The position numbers and the translations under genes were made by a program. The notes under the pieces are model-generated. The model saw only the letters and a list, made by a program, of their open reading frames with translations, made no database searches and was not told where the DNA came from. This document shows positions 11,057 to 20,143 of a stretch of DNA of 64,000 bases, piece by piece; within the stretch, counting starts at the first letter, position 1; each line of letters begins with the position of its first letter. Source of the DNA: an uncultured bacterium. Its GTDB lineage: Bacteria; Desulfobacterota_D; UBA1144; Nemesobacterales; UBA2774. The stretch spans positions 1,312,001-1,376,000 of the forward strand of contig CAWGRW010000009.1 in NCBI GenBank assembly GCA_963825135.1, in the 5' to 3' direction.

Positions 11057-12049
11057 CTAATTCTTCATGGCGCCGCCGTTATTATTGAACCTTCCGGATA
11101 AATAGGAAACGATTTTGTTCCACAATCCGGGATCCGCTCCGCTTGCGGCAAGCGAGCTCTTTTTCTCGCGCACCTCGTCGAGAAAACCCATAACGGTATC
11201 ATTGAACTCGTCGGACCTCTCGATAAAAAGAAGGTGCCCCGACCCCTCGATCTCTACGTACCTCGAATCCGGAATTCTCCCTGCGAGCTCCCGGGCGCTC
11301 TCCGGTGAGACTATTCTGTCCTCGGCCCCGTTGATGACGAGCGTCGGCGCGTGAATCCCTTCGGCATGCTCGGAGGAATCGAAATTCATCCCCGCCATGA
11401 GCTGACGCGTCCACGCGTAGCCCGGCTGAGGGTTGTCGAGTCTCCAGCCGACGATACGGTCGATTTCATCCGGATGCTCCCTGAAGTATTCGGGCGTGAA
11501 CGCTAGGGAGAGTCCGTAACGTATTCTATCTTCCCTTGTGACGCCGTATTCGAACCCCAGAGGAACGCTCGCCTTTCCCCCCATCTCGAACGTTCCGGGC
11601 AGAATGCCCCAGAGCTTGAACAGGCCGTTTATGTGCTGGGAGTTCCGCATCGCCCGTTTTCCGGGGCCGGAGTTGGTGGATACGAGGGTCAGGCTTTTCA
11701 CTAGGTCGGGGTGTCTCAAGGCAAGTTCCTGGGCTATGAAACCCCCGAGCGATATCCCGAGGACGTGAACCGGCCCTGTGCCGAGGGTTCTCAGGAGTCC
11801 CGAGGCGTCGTCGGCCATTATCTCAATCGAGTACTCCGTATCGGGCTTATCTGTGTTCCCGGCTCCCCTGTTGTCGAACAATATGACCTGGTATCTCTCC
11901 GAGAATGCCGGTATCTGCTTGTACCACATCCACGCCGAGTAGCCGAGCCCCTCTATCATCAAAAGGGGCTCGCCCGAGCCGTGGATTTCATAATATAAGT
12001 CTATGCCGTTTACTTTTACGGTGCCGGAATGCGGTCCTGTCGCTGTCAT
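11057..12049 (-). CDS. Alpha/beta hydrolase (enol-lactonase-like)
   Basis: FDNRGAG, nucleophile GISLGG, GAEDRIV, GSGH; overlaps the CMD gene stop by 4 bp. Confidence 0.9.
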   Translation of the reverse strand: MTATGPHSGTVKVNGIDLYYEIHGSGEPLLMIEGLGYSAWMWYKQIPAFSERYQVILFDNRGAGNTDKPDTEYSIEIMADDASGLLRTLGTGPVHVLGISLGGFIAQELALRHPDLVKSLTLVSTNSGPGKRAMRNSQHINGLFKLWGILPGTFEMGGKASVPLGFEYGVTREDRIRYGLSLAFTPEYFREHPDEIDRIVGWRLDNPQPGYAWTRQLMAGMNFDSSEHAEGIHAPTLVINGAEDRIVSPESARELAGRIPDSRYVEIEGSGHLLFIERSDEFNDTVMGFLDEVREKKSSLAASGADPGLWNKIVSYLSGRFNNNGGAMKN

Positions 12050-12474
12050 ATGGATGCAAGCTTCTTCCTTTCATTCGGCACGCTGCCGCCGTTCGTGCTT
12101 ATTTTATTGGCTTCTATCTCGTCGAACACCTCTCTCGCGGCCTGCATGGCGCTGATGGCAGCGGGGAATCCCGCGTATAAAGCCATCTGTAGAATGATTT
12201 CGACGATCTCCACCTTTGTTACCCCGACGTTCAAAGCCGACTGTATGTGGACCTTGAGCTGTGTGGTGTGCCCCATGGCCGCAAGGGACGCGACTGTCGC
12301 GATCTCCCTCGACCTCATGTCGAGCTCGGGCCTTCCGTATATGTCGTTGAACGCGAACTCCATAACCAGCTTCTCGAGGTCAGGGTGTAACGACTTCAAG
12401 CGCTCTATGGACTTATCCGCCCCGTTGCCCTTGATTTCCTTGAATCTCTCTATACCCTGTTCATATCTGTTCAT
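12046..12474 (-). CDS. Carboxymuconolactone decarboxylase family protein
   Basis: EFAFNDIYGRPELDMRSREIATVASL, QLKVHIQSALNVG, YAGFPAA. Alternative start at 12486. Confidence 0.92.
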   Translation of the reverse strand: MNRYEQGIERFKEIKGNGADKSIERLKSLHPDLEKLVMEFAFNDIYGRPELDMRSREIATVASLAAMGHTTQLKVHIQSALNVGVTKVEIVEIILQMALYAGFPAAISAMQAAREVFDEIEANKISTNGGSVPNERKKLASI

Positions 12475-12782
12475 GGTTTTCTCCATGCATATAAATTTAA
12501 GGGCGAAAAGCACGGGAGTCAAGCAATTATTTTGCAAGTGCGCATATATGATTACTTATAATACATTGATACTACACGATTATTTGCCGTTCCAATGATA
12601 TTTATGTGCAAATGCAAAGGTGGGACGATTTCGGTTCTCCCGTCTGCTTCGCGCCGGGTATCACGTCCGCCGGCCCGTCTTACGATGATTATCATGGCTC
12701 AATGTAAAGGAAATTTTAACAGTCTGTTAATATCATAACATTCTGTCGGCACTCGGTATTTTTCTTTAATGCCCGAAGCCGA

Positions 12783-12811
12783 TTGACAATCAATCCCGCT
12801 TACTTTAAAGT
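12783..12811 (+). promoter_or_regulatory. Putative sigma70 promoter of the lsrF operon
   Basis: TTGACA, 17 bp, TAAAGT. Confidence 0.65.
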
Positions 12812-12849
12812 TTTGTAATAAATTTCAACAAATGAGAGGTGTTACGGTT

Positions 12850-13665
12850 ATGGACTGGGGCATGAAAAACAGAATGGCCAGGATAATCAACCCGCAGACG
12901 GGGAGGGCGGTAATGGTCGCGTTCGACCACGGATACTTCCTCGGGCCCACGCACAAGCTCGAGGATCCCCGGCAGACGATCACACCCCTTCTGCCCTATG
13001 CCGATACCATAATGCTCACGAGAGGCGTGCTCCGGAGCTCAGTCGATCCGGCATCCTGCGCCAACGTAGTCCTGAGGGTCTCGGGAGGCTCGAGCATCGT
13101 CGGGCCGGATCTCTCGGACGAAGGCCTCACGACCTCGTTCAAGGACGCTATACGGCTCAATGTGGCGGGCGTCGGCATATCCGTATTCGTCGGGAGCGAG
13201 CACGAGCGTCAGACGCTCCTCAATCTCGCCGAGCTCGTCAACAAAGGCGAGGATTACGGCATCCCGGTCCTGGGCATCACGGCCGTGGGGAAAGAGCTTG
13301 AGAAGAGGGACGCGAGGTATCTCTCCCTTTGCTGCCGCATATGCGCCGAGCTCGGCACGCATATCGTCAAGACCTATTACTGTGAGGATTTCGAAAAGGT
13401 AACTACCAGCTGTCCCGCGCCCATAGTGATTGCGGGGGGGCCCAAGCTCGAGACCGAGATGGACGTCTTCGAGATGACGTACAACGCGATTGAGCAGGGC
13501 GCCGTCGGCGTGGATATGGGGAGGAACATATGGCAGAACGATCACCCGGTGGCTGTTATCAGGGCTATAAGGTCTATCGTCCATGAAAACAACAAGCCCA
13601 AACAGGCGCACGACCTCTTCCTCAGTCTCAAAAACGAAGAATCCAAAAAGGTAGCCGGAGTATAA
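12850..13665 (+). CDS. lsrF: LsrF-type class I aldolase/thiolase
   Basis: MDWGMKNRMARII, AFDHGYFLGP, VKTYYC, IAGGPK, GVDMGRNIWQ. Confidence 0.9.
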   Translation: MDWGMKNRMARIINPQTGRAVMVAFDHGYFLGPTHKLEDPRQTITPLLPYADTIMLTRGVLRSSVDPASCANVVLRVSGGSSIVGPDLSDEGLTTSFKDAIRLNVAGVGISVFVGSEHERQTLLNLAELVNKGEDYGIPVLGITAVGKELEKRDARYLSLCCRICAELGTHIVKTYYCEDFEKVTTSCPAPIVIAGGPKLETEMDVFEMTYNAIEQGAVGVDMGRNIWQNDHPVAVIRAIRSIVHENNKPKQAHDLFLSLKNEESKKVAGV

Positions 13666-13721
13666 AAATCACAACAGGCAGGAAATCCCCAAGACCGGCA
13701 CCCGGAGCGCTCGGAAAAAAA

Positions 13722-14747
13722 ATGCGTGTCGCGATGTATTACAACAACAGGGATATCAGGCTCGAGGAAATGCCCGTTCCCGATATAGGCCCCGGCGAGA
13801 TACTCATGCGCGTCCATGCGAGCGGCATATGCGGGAGCGATCTCATGGAATGGTACCGTCTCCCGAAGGCGCCCCTCGTTCTCGGTCACGAGATCGCGGG
13901 CGAGGTAGTCAGTACCGGCGCGGGCGTCGGGAAATTCAAGCCGGGCGACAGAGTCATCGCCACTCACCACGTCCCCTGCAACACCTGTTATTACTGCTTG
14001 AGGGGCGATCACTCCGTGTGCAGGACGCTTAAGACGACCCATTTCGATCCGGGCGGTTTCTCCGAGTACATTCGCGTACCCGCAATAAACGTGGACAGGG
14101 GAGTGCTCAGGCTCCCCGACGAAGTGTCCTACGACGAAGCGTCATTCGTGGAGCCCCTGGGCTGCGTTGTCCGGGGCCAGCGGTTGGCGGGACTGAAGAC
14201 CGGCGACGGCGTGCTCGTGATGGGGAGCGGCATAACGGGTCTCCTCCACATTCAGCTCGCCCGCGCTCTAGGGGCGGGGCGTATCATCGCGTCCGACATA
14301 AACGATTTCAGGCTTAACGCCGCCTCCGATTTTGGCGCCGATCACGCGGTCGGCGCAGGCGGGGACGCGGCTTCATATATACGTGGCGTAAATGACGGCC
14401 GCCTCGCCGACATGGTTATCGTCTGCACGGGCGCTCTGTCGGCCGTTGAGGGAGCGTTTAAGTTAGTCGAGCCGGGCGGCACAATACTCTTCTTCGCCCC
14501 TTCGGGGCCGGACGCGGAGCTCAGGATTCCCTTCAACGAATTCTGGTGGTCGGGAATAAAGACGGTGAGTTCTTACGCAGCCTCTCCTTCCGATCTTGCT
14601 ATAGCGCTCGAATTAATCAGGGCCAAACGGGTGAACGTAGGCGGCATGGTAACGCACAGGCTCGCCCTTTCGGAGACTCAGGAAGGGTTCCGCATGGTCG
14701 AAGAGGCGCGGGATTCGATCAAAGTCATCATAGACCCCAGCATCTAA
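13722..14747 (+). CDS. Zinc-dependent (polyol dehydrogenase-like) dehydrogenase
   Basis: GICGSD, GHE, CNTCYYC structural Zn site, GSGITG. Confidence 0.92.
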   Translation: MRVAMYYNNRDIRLEEMPVPDIGPGEILMRVHASGICGSDLMEWYRLPKAPLVLGHEIAGEVVSTGAGVGKFKPGDRVIATHHVPCNTCYYCLRGDHSVCRTLKTTHFDPGGFSEYIRVPAINVDRGVLRLPDEVSYDEASFVEPLGCVVRGQRLAGLKTGDGVLVMGSGITGLLHIQLARALGAGRIIASDINDFRLNAASDFGADHAVGAGGDAASYIRGVNDGRLADMVIVCTGALSAVEGAFKLVEPGGTILFFAPSGPDAELRIPFNEFWWSGIKTVSSYAASPSDLAIALELIRAKRVNVGGMVTHRLALSETQEGFRMVEEARDSIKVIIDPSI

Positions 14748-14751
14748 ATCA

Positions 14752-15096
14752 CTATTTCTCTCCCAGCAAATGGCGCAGCACGGAGCTGACTATCGCCAGC
14801 ACGACGGCTCCGAAGAAGGCCGTCCAGAAACCGCTTACATGGAATCCCGGCGATATCGACGAGGCCAGCATCAGCATAAGTGCGTTGACGACGAGAAGGA
14901 ATATTCCGAACGTCAGTATCGAAAGCGGAATGGTGATAATCTTGAGGAATAATCCTATAGTCGCGTTTATCAGGCCTATTATCACCGCCGCGAGAAGCGC
15001 GTTCCCTATCCCATCCACGACGAAGCCCGGAATGATATACGACACGATTAAAAGACTCGCCGCGCTTACTATCCACTGAATCAACAGATATTTCAT
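14752..15096 (-). CDS. YvlD-like 4-TM membrane protein (phage holin family 4)
   Basis: Hydrophobic; GLINATI...ITIPLSILTFGIFLLVVNA...GFWTAFFGA; GGAGG SD. Confidence 0.88.
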   Translation of the reverse strand: MKYLLIQWIVSAASLLIVSYIIPGFVVDGIGNALLAAVIIGLINATIGLFLKIITIPLSILTFGIFLLVVNALMLMLASSISPGFHVSGFWTAFFGAVVLAIVSSVLRHLLGEK

Positions 15097-15232
15097 TTTA
15101 GCCTCCCTCCTGCCTTATTTTCATCTGAGTTCTATTGAGTTCCATGTCGCCGTCCCCTGACGATATTATTCACAATTTTGCATTAAATATAAAGTCGTCC
15201 GCCGGCCGGGACCGAATATGGCCGGCCTCTTT

Positions 15233-15261
15233 TTGACACCCCTCCCTTTAAAACCTAAACT
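15233..15261 (+). promoter_or_regulatory. Putative sigma70 promoter immediately before the polA ATG
   Basis: TTGACA, 17 bp, TAAACT, 8 nt, ATG. Confidence 0.65.
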
Positions 15262-15269
15262 GTACGGTT

Positions 15270-17972
15270 ATGGAAAAACCCGTTCTGTATCTCATCGACG
15301 GCAGCTCGTATATATTCAGGGCCTATTACGCAATAAGGCGTTTAAGCACATCGAAGGGGTTCCCGACAAACGCCGTCTACGGTTTCGCGTCCATGATCTT
15401 CAAGTTCCTTAAAGATTATAAACCCGGGCACCTGGGTATTGTTTTCGATGCGAAGGGGGACACGTTCAGGAACGAGATGTACCCGCTCTACAAGGCCAAC
15501 AGAGGGGCTCCGCCCGAGGACCTCGTTCCGCAGTTCGATAAGATCTACGAGGTCGCGGACGCCTTTAAAATCCCACGGTTCGTGATCGATGGGTTTGAGG
15601 CCGATGATGTCCTGGGCACTATAGCGAGGCACTATGAGAAAGAGGGCATGGACGTCGTTCTCGTCACAGGGGATAAGGATTTTTGCCAGCTCGTTTCCGA
15701 CAGGGTCATCCTGCTCGATACCATGAAGAATAAAGAAACCCTTACAAAGGACGTGATCGAAAAATACGGCGTGCCTCCGGAAAGGGTGACGGACGTGTTC
15801 GCGCTGATGGGCGACCAGGTGGACAATATTCCCGGGGTTAAAGGCATAGGCGAGAAGACGGCGATAGGGCTTATCAAGTCTTTCGGCTCCCTCGACAACC
15901 TTCTTCAAAACCTGGACGACCTCGCCGAAAGGCAGAGGAATCTGATCACTGAAAAGAAAGGGGACGCGCTGCTCAGTAAAGAGCTCGTAACGATAAAGAC
16001 GGATATAGAGCTCGACATGGGGCTCGAAAAATTCAGGTACGAAGGGTTCGATAAGGCGAAGCTGAGGGCGATTTTCGAGGAGCTTGAATTCAAGAACCTT
16101 CTCCGCGAGCTCGGCGACGGAGGGGGCGCGGTAGAGAAAACGGACGAGAGCGGCGCCGTCCCCTACGACAATTACTCACTCGTTTTGACCGAAGAAGGGC
16201 TTGACCGCGTGATCGGAAGGATAGTGGAGACGGGCGAGGTCTCGGTAGACCTCGAGACGACCTCCACCGACCCCATGCTCGCCGAAATCGTCGGCATAGC
16301 GCTCTGCCCCGCCCCTCACGAGGCGTACTACGTGCCCGTCGCGCACAGGTCGCTCGCCGACTCCTCGATCAAACAGCTCGGCCTCCCGTTCGTGCTCGGG
16401 AAATTAAAGCCCGTCGTCGAAGACAAGGGTTTAAGGAAGATCGGGCAGAACGTCAAATACGAGTTCGTCCTCTTCGAGATGTACGGGCTCAGGCTGGACG
16501 GTATTTCATTCGATACGATGGTAGCGGCGCATATGCTCGATTCCTCGAGGATAAGCTACAGCCTTGACGAGCTCTGCCGTCTCTATCTGGGGCACAGCAT
16601 GATCTCATACAGAGACGTGACCGGGACGGGGAAATCCAAGATCAACTTCGAGGAAGTAGAGATAGAGGCGGCGAAGGTTTATTCATGCGAAGACGCCGAC
16701 GTCGCGATGCTCCTCGCCGGGATACTCGCGCGGCAGCTCGAGGAGATAAACTTGATCCGGGTCTACAGGGACATCGAGCTTAAGTTCATAGAGGTACTCG
16801 CCCGGGTCGAGATAAACGGGGTGAAGGTCGATGCCGCGAGGCTCAGGGAATTATCGAAGGAGTTCGAGGCGGCGCTCAAAGATATAGAAAAAGCGATTTT
16901 TGAAGAGGTCGGGTACGAGTTCAATCTGAATTCCCCCATACAGCTGAGGCAGGTCCTGTTCGAGACGCTCCGCCTGCCCCAGAAAAAGCTCACGAAAAAA
17001 GGAGGGTCCTCGACCGATGTAGAGGTGCTTAACGACCTCAGCAAATTCCATCCCGTCCCCGAGAAGGTGCTCGAGCACAGGACCCTTTCCAAGCTCAAGT
17101 CGACTTACGTGGACGCGCTTCCCAGGCTGATAAATCCCGGGACCGGGAGACTGCACACATCTTTTAATCCCGTGGGCTCCTCCACGGGGAGGCTCAGCTC
17201 GAGCGAACCGAACCTCCAGAATATACCGATAAAGACCCCCCAGGGCAGGCGCATACGTGAGGCGTTTATTCCCGAAGAAGGCTATATCATGCTCTCAGCG
17301 GATTATTCCCAGATCGAGCTCAGGCTCCTCGCCCATTTTTCCGGGGACGAGAGCCTGGTCGAGGCGTTCATGGCCGGAAGCGACATCCACCGGAGGACTG
17401 CCGCCGAGATCTTCGGCGTAACCACCGACCTCGTTACCCCGGACATGAGGAGGCTCGCGAAGAATATCAATTTCGGGATTATCTACGGCATAAGCGCGTT
17501 CGGCCTCGCGAAGCAGCTGGGCACTTCCGTCTCTATCGCCAAGAGCTACATCGACGAGTACTTCAAGCGCTATAAGAAGGTGAGGGAATATATCGAGAAA
17601 TCAATCGGCGACGCGAAAAGCAAAGGGTATGCCGAAACCATACTCGGAAGGAGACGTCCGATCCCGGAGCTCGCTTCGGACGACAGGAACAGAAAGGGTT
17701 TCGGCGAGCGTACGGCCATGAACACGCCGATTCAGGGCTCGGCCGCCGACATTATCAATATCGCCATGATAAGAATCCACGAAAAGCTCGCATCGGGTTT
17801 CAAGACCCGCATGATACTCCAAGTCCACGACGAGCTGCTCTTCGAAGTCCCCGGGGACGAGCTTCGCGAGGTCTCCCTTATGGTTAAAAATGAAATGGAA
17901 GGGGCATGGGACCTCAGGGTCCCGATCGTGGCCGAGATAGGCACGGGAAAGAACTGGGCGGAAGCGCACTGA
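15270..17972 (+). CDS. polA: DNA polymerase I
   Basis: LIDGSSYIFRAYYA 5'-3' exonuclease, DLET 3'-5' exonuclease, DYSQIELR, NFGIIYG, QVHDEL. Confidence 0.99.
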   Translation: MEKPVLYLIDGSSYIFRAYYAIRRLSTSKGFPTNAVYGFASMIFKFLKDYKPGHLGIVFDAKGDTFRNEMYPLYKANRGAPPEDLVPQFDKIYEVADAFKIPRFVIDGFEADDVLGTIARHYEKEGMDVVLVTGDKDFCQLVSDRVILLDTMKNKETLTKDVIEKYGVPPERVTDVFALMGDQVDNIPGVKGIGEKTAIGLIKSFGSLDNLLQNLDDLAERQRNLITEKKGDALLSKELVTIKTDIELDMGLEKFRYEGFDKAKLRAIFEELEFKNLLRELGDGGGAVEKTDESGAVPYDNYSLVLTEEGLDRVIGRIVETGEVSVDLETTSTDPMLAEIVGIALCPAPHEAYYVPVAHRSLADSSIKQLGLPFVLGKLKPVVEDKGLRKIGQNVKYEFVLFEMYGLRLDGISFDTMVAAHMLDSSRISYSLDELCRLYLGHSMISYRDVTGTGKSKINFEEVEIEAAKVYSCEDADVAMLLAGILARQLEEINLIRVYRDIELKFIEVLARVEINGVKVDAARLRELSKEFEAALKDIEKAIFEEVGYEFNLNSPIQLRQVLFETLRLPQKKLTKKGGSSTDVEVLNDLSKFHPVPEKVLEHRTLSKLKSTYVDALPRLINPGTGRLHTSFNPVGSSTGRLSSSEPNLQNIPIKTPQGRRIREAFIPEEGYIMLSADYSQIELRLLAHFSGDESLVEAFMAGSDIHRRTAAEIFGVTTDLVTPDMRRLAKNINFGIIYGISAFGLAKQLGTSVSIAKSYIDEYFKRYKKVREYIEKSIGDAKSKGYAETILGRRRPIPELASDDRNRKGFGERTAMNTPIQGSAADIINIAMIRIHEKLASGFKTRMILQVHDELLFEVPGDELREVSLMVKNEMEGAWDLRVPIVAEIGTGKNWAEAH

Positions 17973-18027
17973 TCCCGCCCGTTGTCATATCTGAATTTGA
18001 CCCCCGCCGGATAACTTGATTACTTCC

Positions 18028-18894
18028 TTACCCGCCTATGAGCGTGCACCCGTCCGGATCGATAGAAGATGTCCCGCTCTGGTCTAGCGCCGCCTTGGCT
18101 CCGCTGATCGAACAGTTGTTTTGTGGATTTATTTCGACCTCGGAGGCGCCCGCCGACTTGATTCCGTGCTCCTTGAGCGACGTGATGAATATATTGTTAT
18201 TGACCGGAGTGACGGTCTGCGTGACCCTGACGAACGAATCGTTACTGGTCTTTATAGCGTCCTTGTTGGCGCTTATGGTTATATCCAGGTCGGCTTCGAG
18301 CTGTACAAAGCCTGATCCCTGCGTATCTATGCCTATACCGCAGTCGACGAGTGTTATGCTCCTTGCCGTTATCTGGACGAGGCTTTCCCCGTGCGACCTG
18401 ATACAGGTGTTCCCGTTTCCGTCTATTTCGAAGTCGGCTTCGAGCGAGTCGAATGTCAACTCATCGGAGCCGTCGGTGCGGACCTGATCCTGAAATACAG
18501 TCCAGTCGTTGACAATGATGTCTCCCGCCGCCAGCGTCACGTTGAATATTACATCGCTGTTACGTGTAACTGCTATAAACCTCGAGAGTGTTTGGGCATC
18601 AGGAATTTCAAACTGTATCTTGACCGTATCCGAGTTGGGCTTGAATCTGAGTGTGAATTGCCCGAGCTGGTTTGTTTTTGTCGAGTCAATCTTTTTATCA
18701 TTACTGTTAAAGACGATGACCTTGATACCAGAAACGGAACCGCCGATTACCTCTAATATGGTTCCGTTGACCCTCGTGTTGTCGCCTCCGCCCCCGCCTC
18801 CTCCGCTGCTGCATCCCCACATGCTGGATGACATAAACGAGACCATAACGAGCAATATCAGCAGAAACATATGCCTGTTCAGTAATTTAACCAT
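18028..18894 (-). CDS. Putative lipoprotein, beta-rich, function unknown
   Basis: Hydrophobic signal, lipobox-like WGC, poly-Gly linker; GGAGG SD before ATG 18894. Confidence 0.75.
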   Translation of the reverse strand: MVKLLNRHMFLLILLVMVSFMSSSMWGCSSGGGGGGGDNTRVNGTILEVIGGSVSGIKVIVFNSNDKKIDSTKTNQLGQFTLRFKPNSDTVKIQFEIPDAQTLSRFIAVTRNSDVIFNVTLAAGDIIVNDWTVFQDQVRTDGSDELTFDSLEADFEIDGNGNTCIRSHGESLVQITARSITLVDCGIGIDTQGSGFVQLEADLDITISANKDAIKTSNDSFVRVTQTVTPVNNNIFITSLKEHGIKSAGASEVEINPQNNCSISGAKAALDQSGTSSIDPDGCTLIGG

Positions 18895-19092
18895 AATCCT
18901 ATCCTCCATATAAGTTGGTTGATGGTTCAAAATAATCCGCAAAACCAAACTTTACTCCTATAATAACCGAAAATACTCGGCTTTTACATAGGCATTGAAA
19001 GCCGATTTAATATATGCTGTGTTGGGACTGATTTTTTTCATTACAATATTCCTTTTCGAATGCTGAGCTGGAGTCAGGCAGGTGATGCGGAT

Positions 19093-20130
19093 ATGAGTAT
19101 AAAGGCGGGAATTCTCGGGGCTACAGGTTATACGGGGGTGGAACTCGTCAGGCTGCTGTCGGGCCATCCCGGCGTAGACCTGAAATGGCTTACATCCGAG
19201 AAGTTCACGGGTAAGCGTATAGACGAAGTGTTCCCTCATCTCAGGGGTTTTTCGGATCTCGAATGCGGGAGCGTCGCGGGGTTAAAAGACCTCGCCGGGG
19301 TGGACGTGGCATTTTCCTGCCTCCCTCACGGCTCTTCTATGCACTTTGCGGCGAGGCTCCTCGACTCAGGCGTCAGGGTCATCGATTTCAGCGCCGATTT
19401 CAGGTTCAGGAACGCTGCTCTGTACGAGAGGCTCTTCAATACCGCGCATAAATATAAGAATTACATTGACGATGCCGTTTACGGTATTCCCGAAATCTTC
19501 AGGGATAAAATTCGAGGATCGCGGCTTGTGGCGAACCCGGGATGCTTTGCGACCGGGGTCATCCTGGGATTGTATCCGCTCATGGCCGAGGGGCTCATTG
19601 ATGGAAGCTCCATTGTCGCCGACGCCAAGGCGGGGGCATCGGGAGGCGGGCGCGCTCCCACACTCGAGCACCACTTCCCCGAATCTAATGAAAACATAAG
19701 GGTTAATTTGTCCGCCTCGAACAGCCAGGGGCCCGAGATGGAAGAAGTGCTTTCGCTCGCCTCCGGAGCTGACGCGGAAGTAAGCTTCATGCCCCATACG
19801 GTTTCCATAAACAGGGGGATACTGACGACGATTTATTCCCGTCTCAAGGAAAGCATGAAGCAGGAGGATATTGCCGGCGTCTATAAGAAATATTACGCCG
19901 GAGAGTCGTTCATCAGGGTTTACGCACGGGGCAAATTCCCGGAGATAAAAGACGTGAGGTATTCGAACGTCTGCGGGATCGGCCTCGGCCTGCAGTCGGA
20001 CAGACTGCTGATAGTCACCGCTCTCGACAACCTCCTAAAGGGGGCCTCGGGGCAAGCGGTTCAGAATATGAATATAATGTTCGGTTTTGAGGAAACCGAG
20101 TCGCTTGGAGGCTCGGGATTATACCCATAG
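19093..20130 (+). CDS. argC: N-acetyl-gamma-glutamyl-phosphate reductase
   Basis: GATGYTG, ANPGC, DNLLKGASGQAVQNMN. Confidence 0.97.
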   Translation: MSIKAGILGATGYTGVELVRLLSGHPGVDLKWLTSEKFTGKRIDEVFPHLRGFSDLECGSVAGLKDLAGVDVAFSCLPHGSSMHFAARLLDSGVRVIDFSADFRFRNAALYERLFNTAHKYKNYIDDAVYGIPEIFRDKIRGSRLVANPGCFATGVILGLYPLMAEGLIDGSSIVADAKAGASGGGRAPTLEHHFPESNENIRVNLSASNSQGPEMEEVLSLASGADAEVSFMPHTVSINRGILTTIYSRLKESMKQEDIAGVYKKYYAGESFIRVYARGKFPEIKDVRYSNVCGIGLGLQSDRLLIVTALDNLLKGASGQAVQNMNIMFGFEETESLGGSGLYP

Positions 20131-20143
20131 CGGGGCAGGAAAC

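Noticed and set aside
14752..15096. Prophage suggested by the holin-family gene
   Set aside because: YvlD-like genes are common chromosomal membrane proteins, and no other phage genes are nearby.
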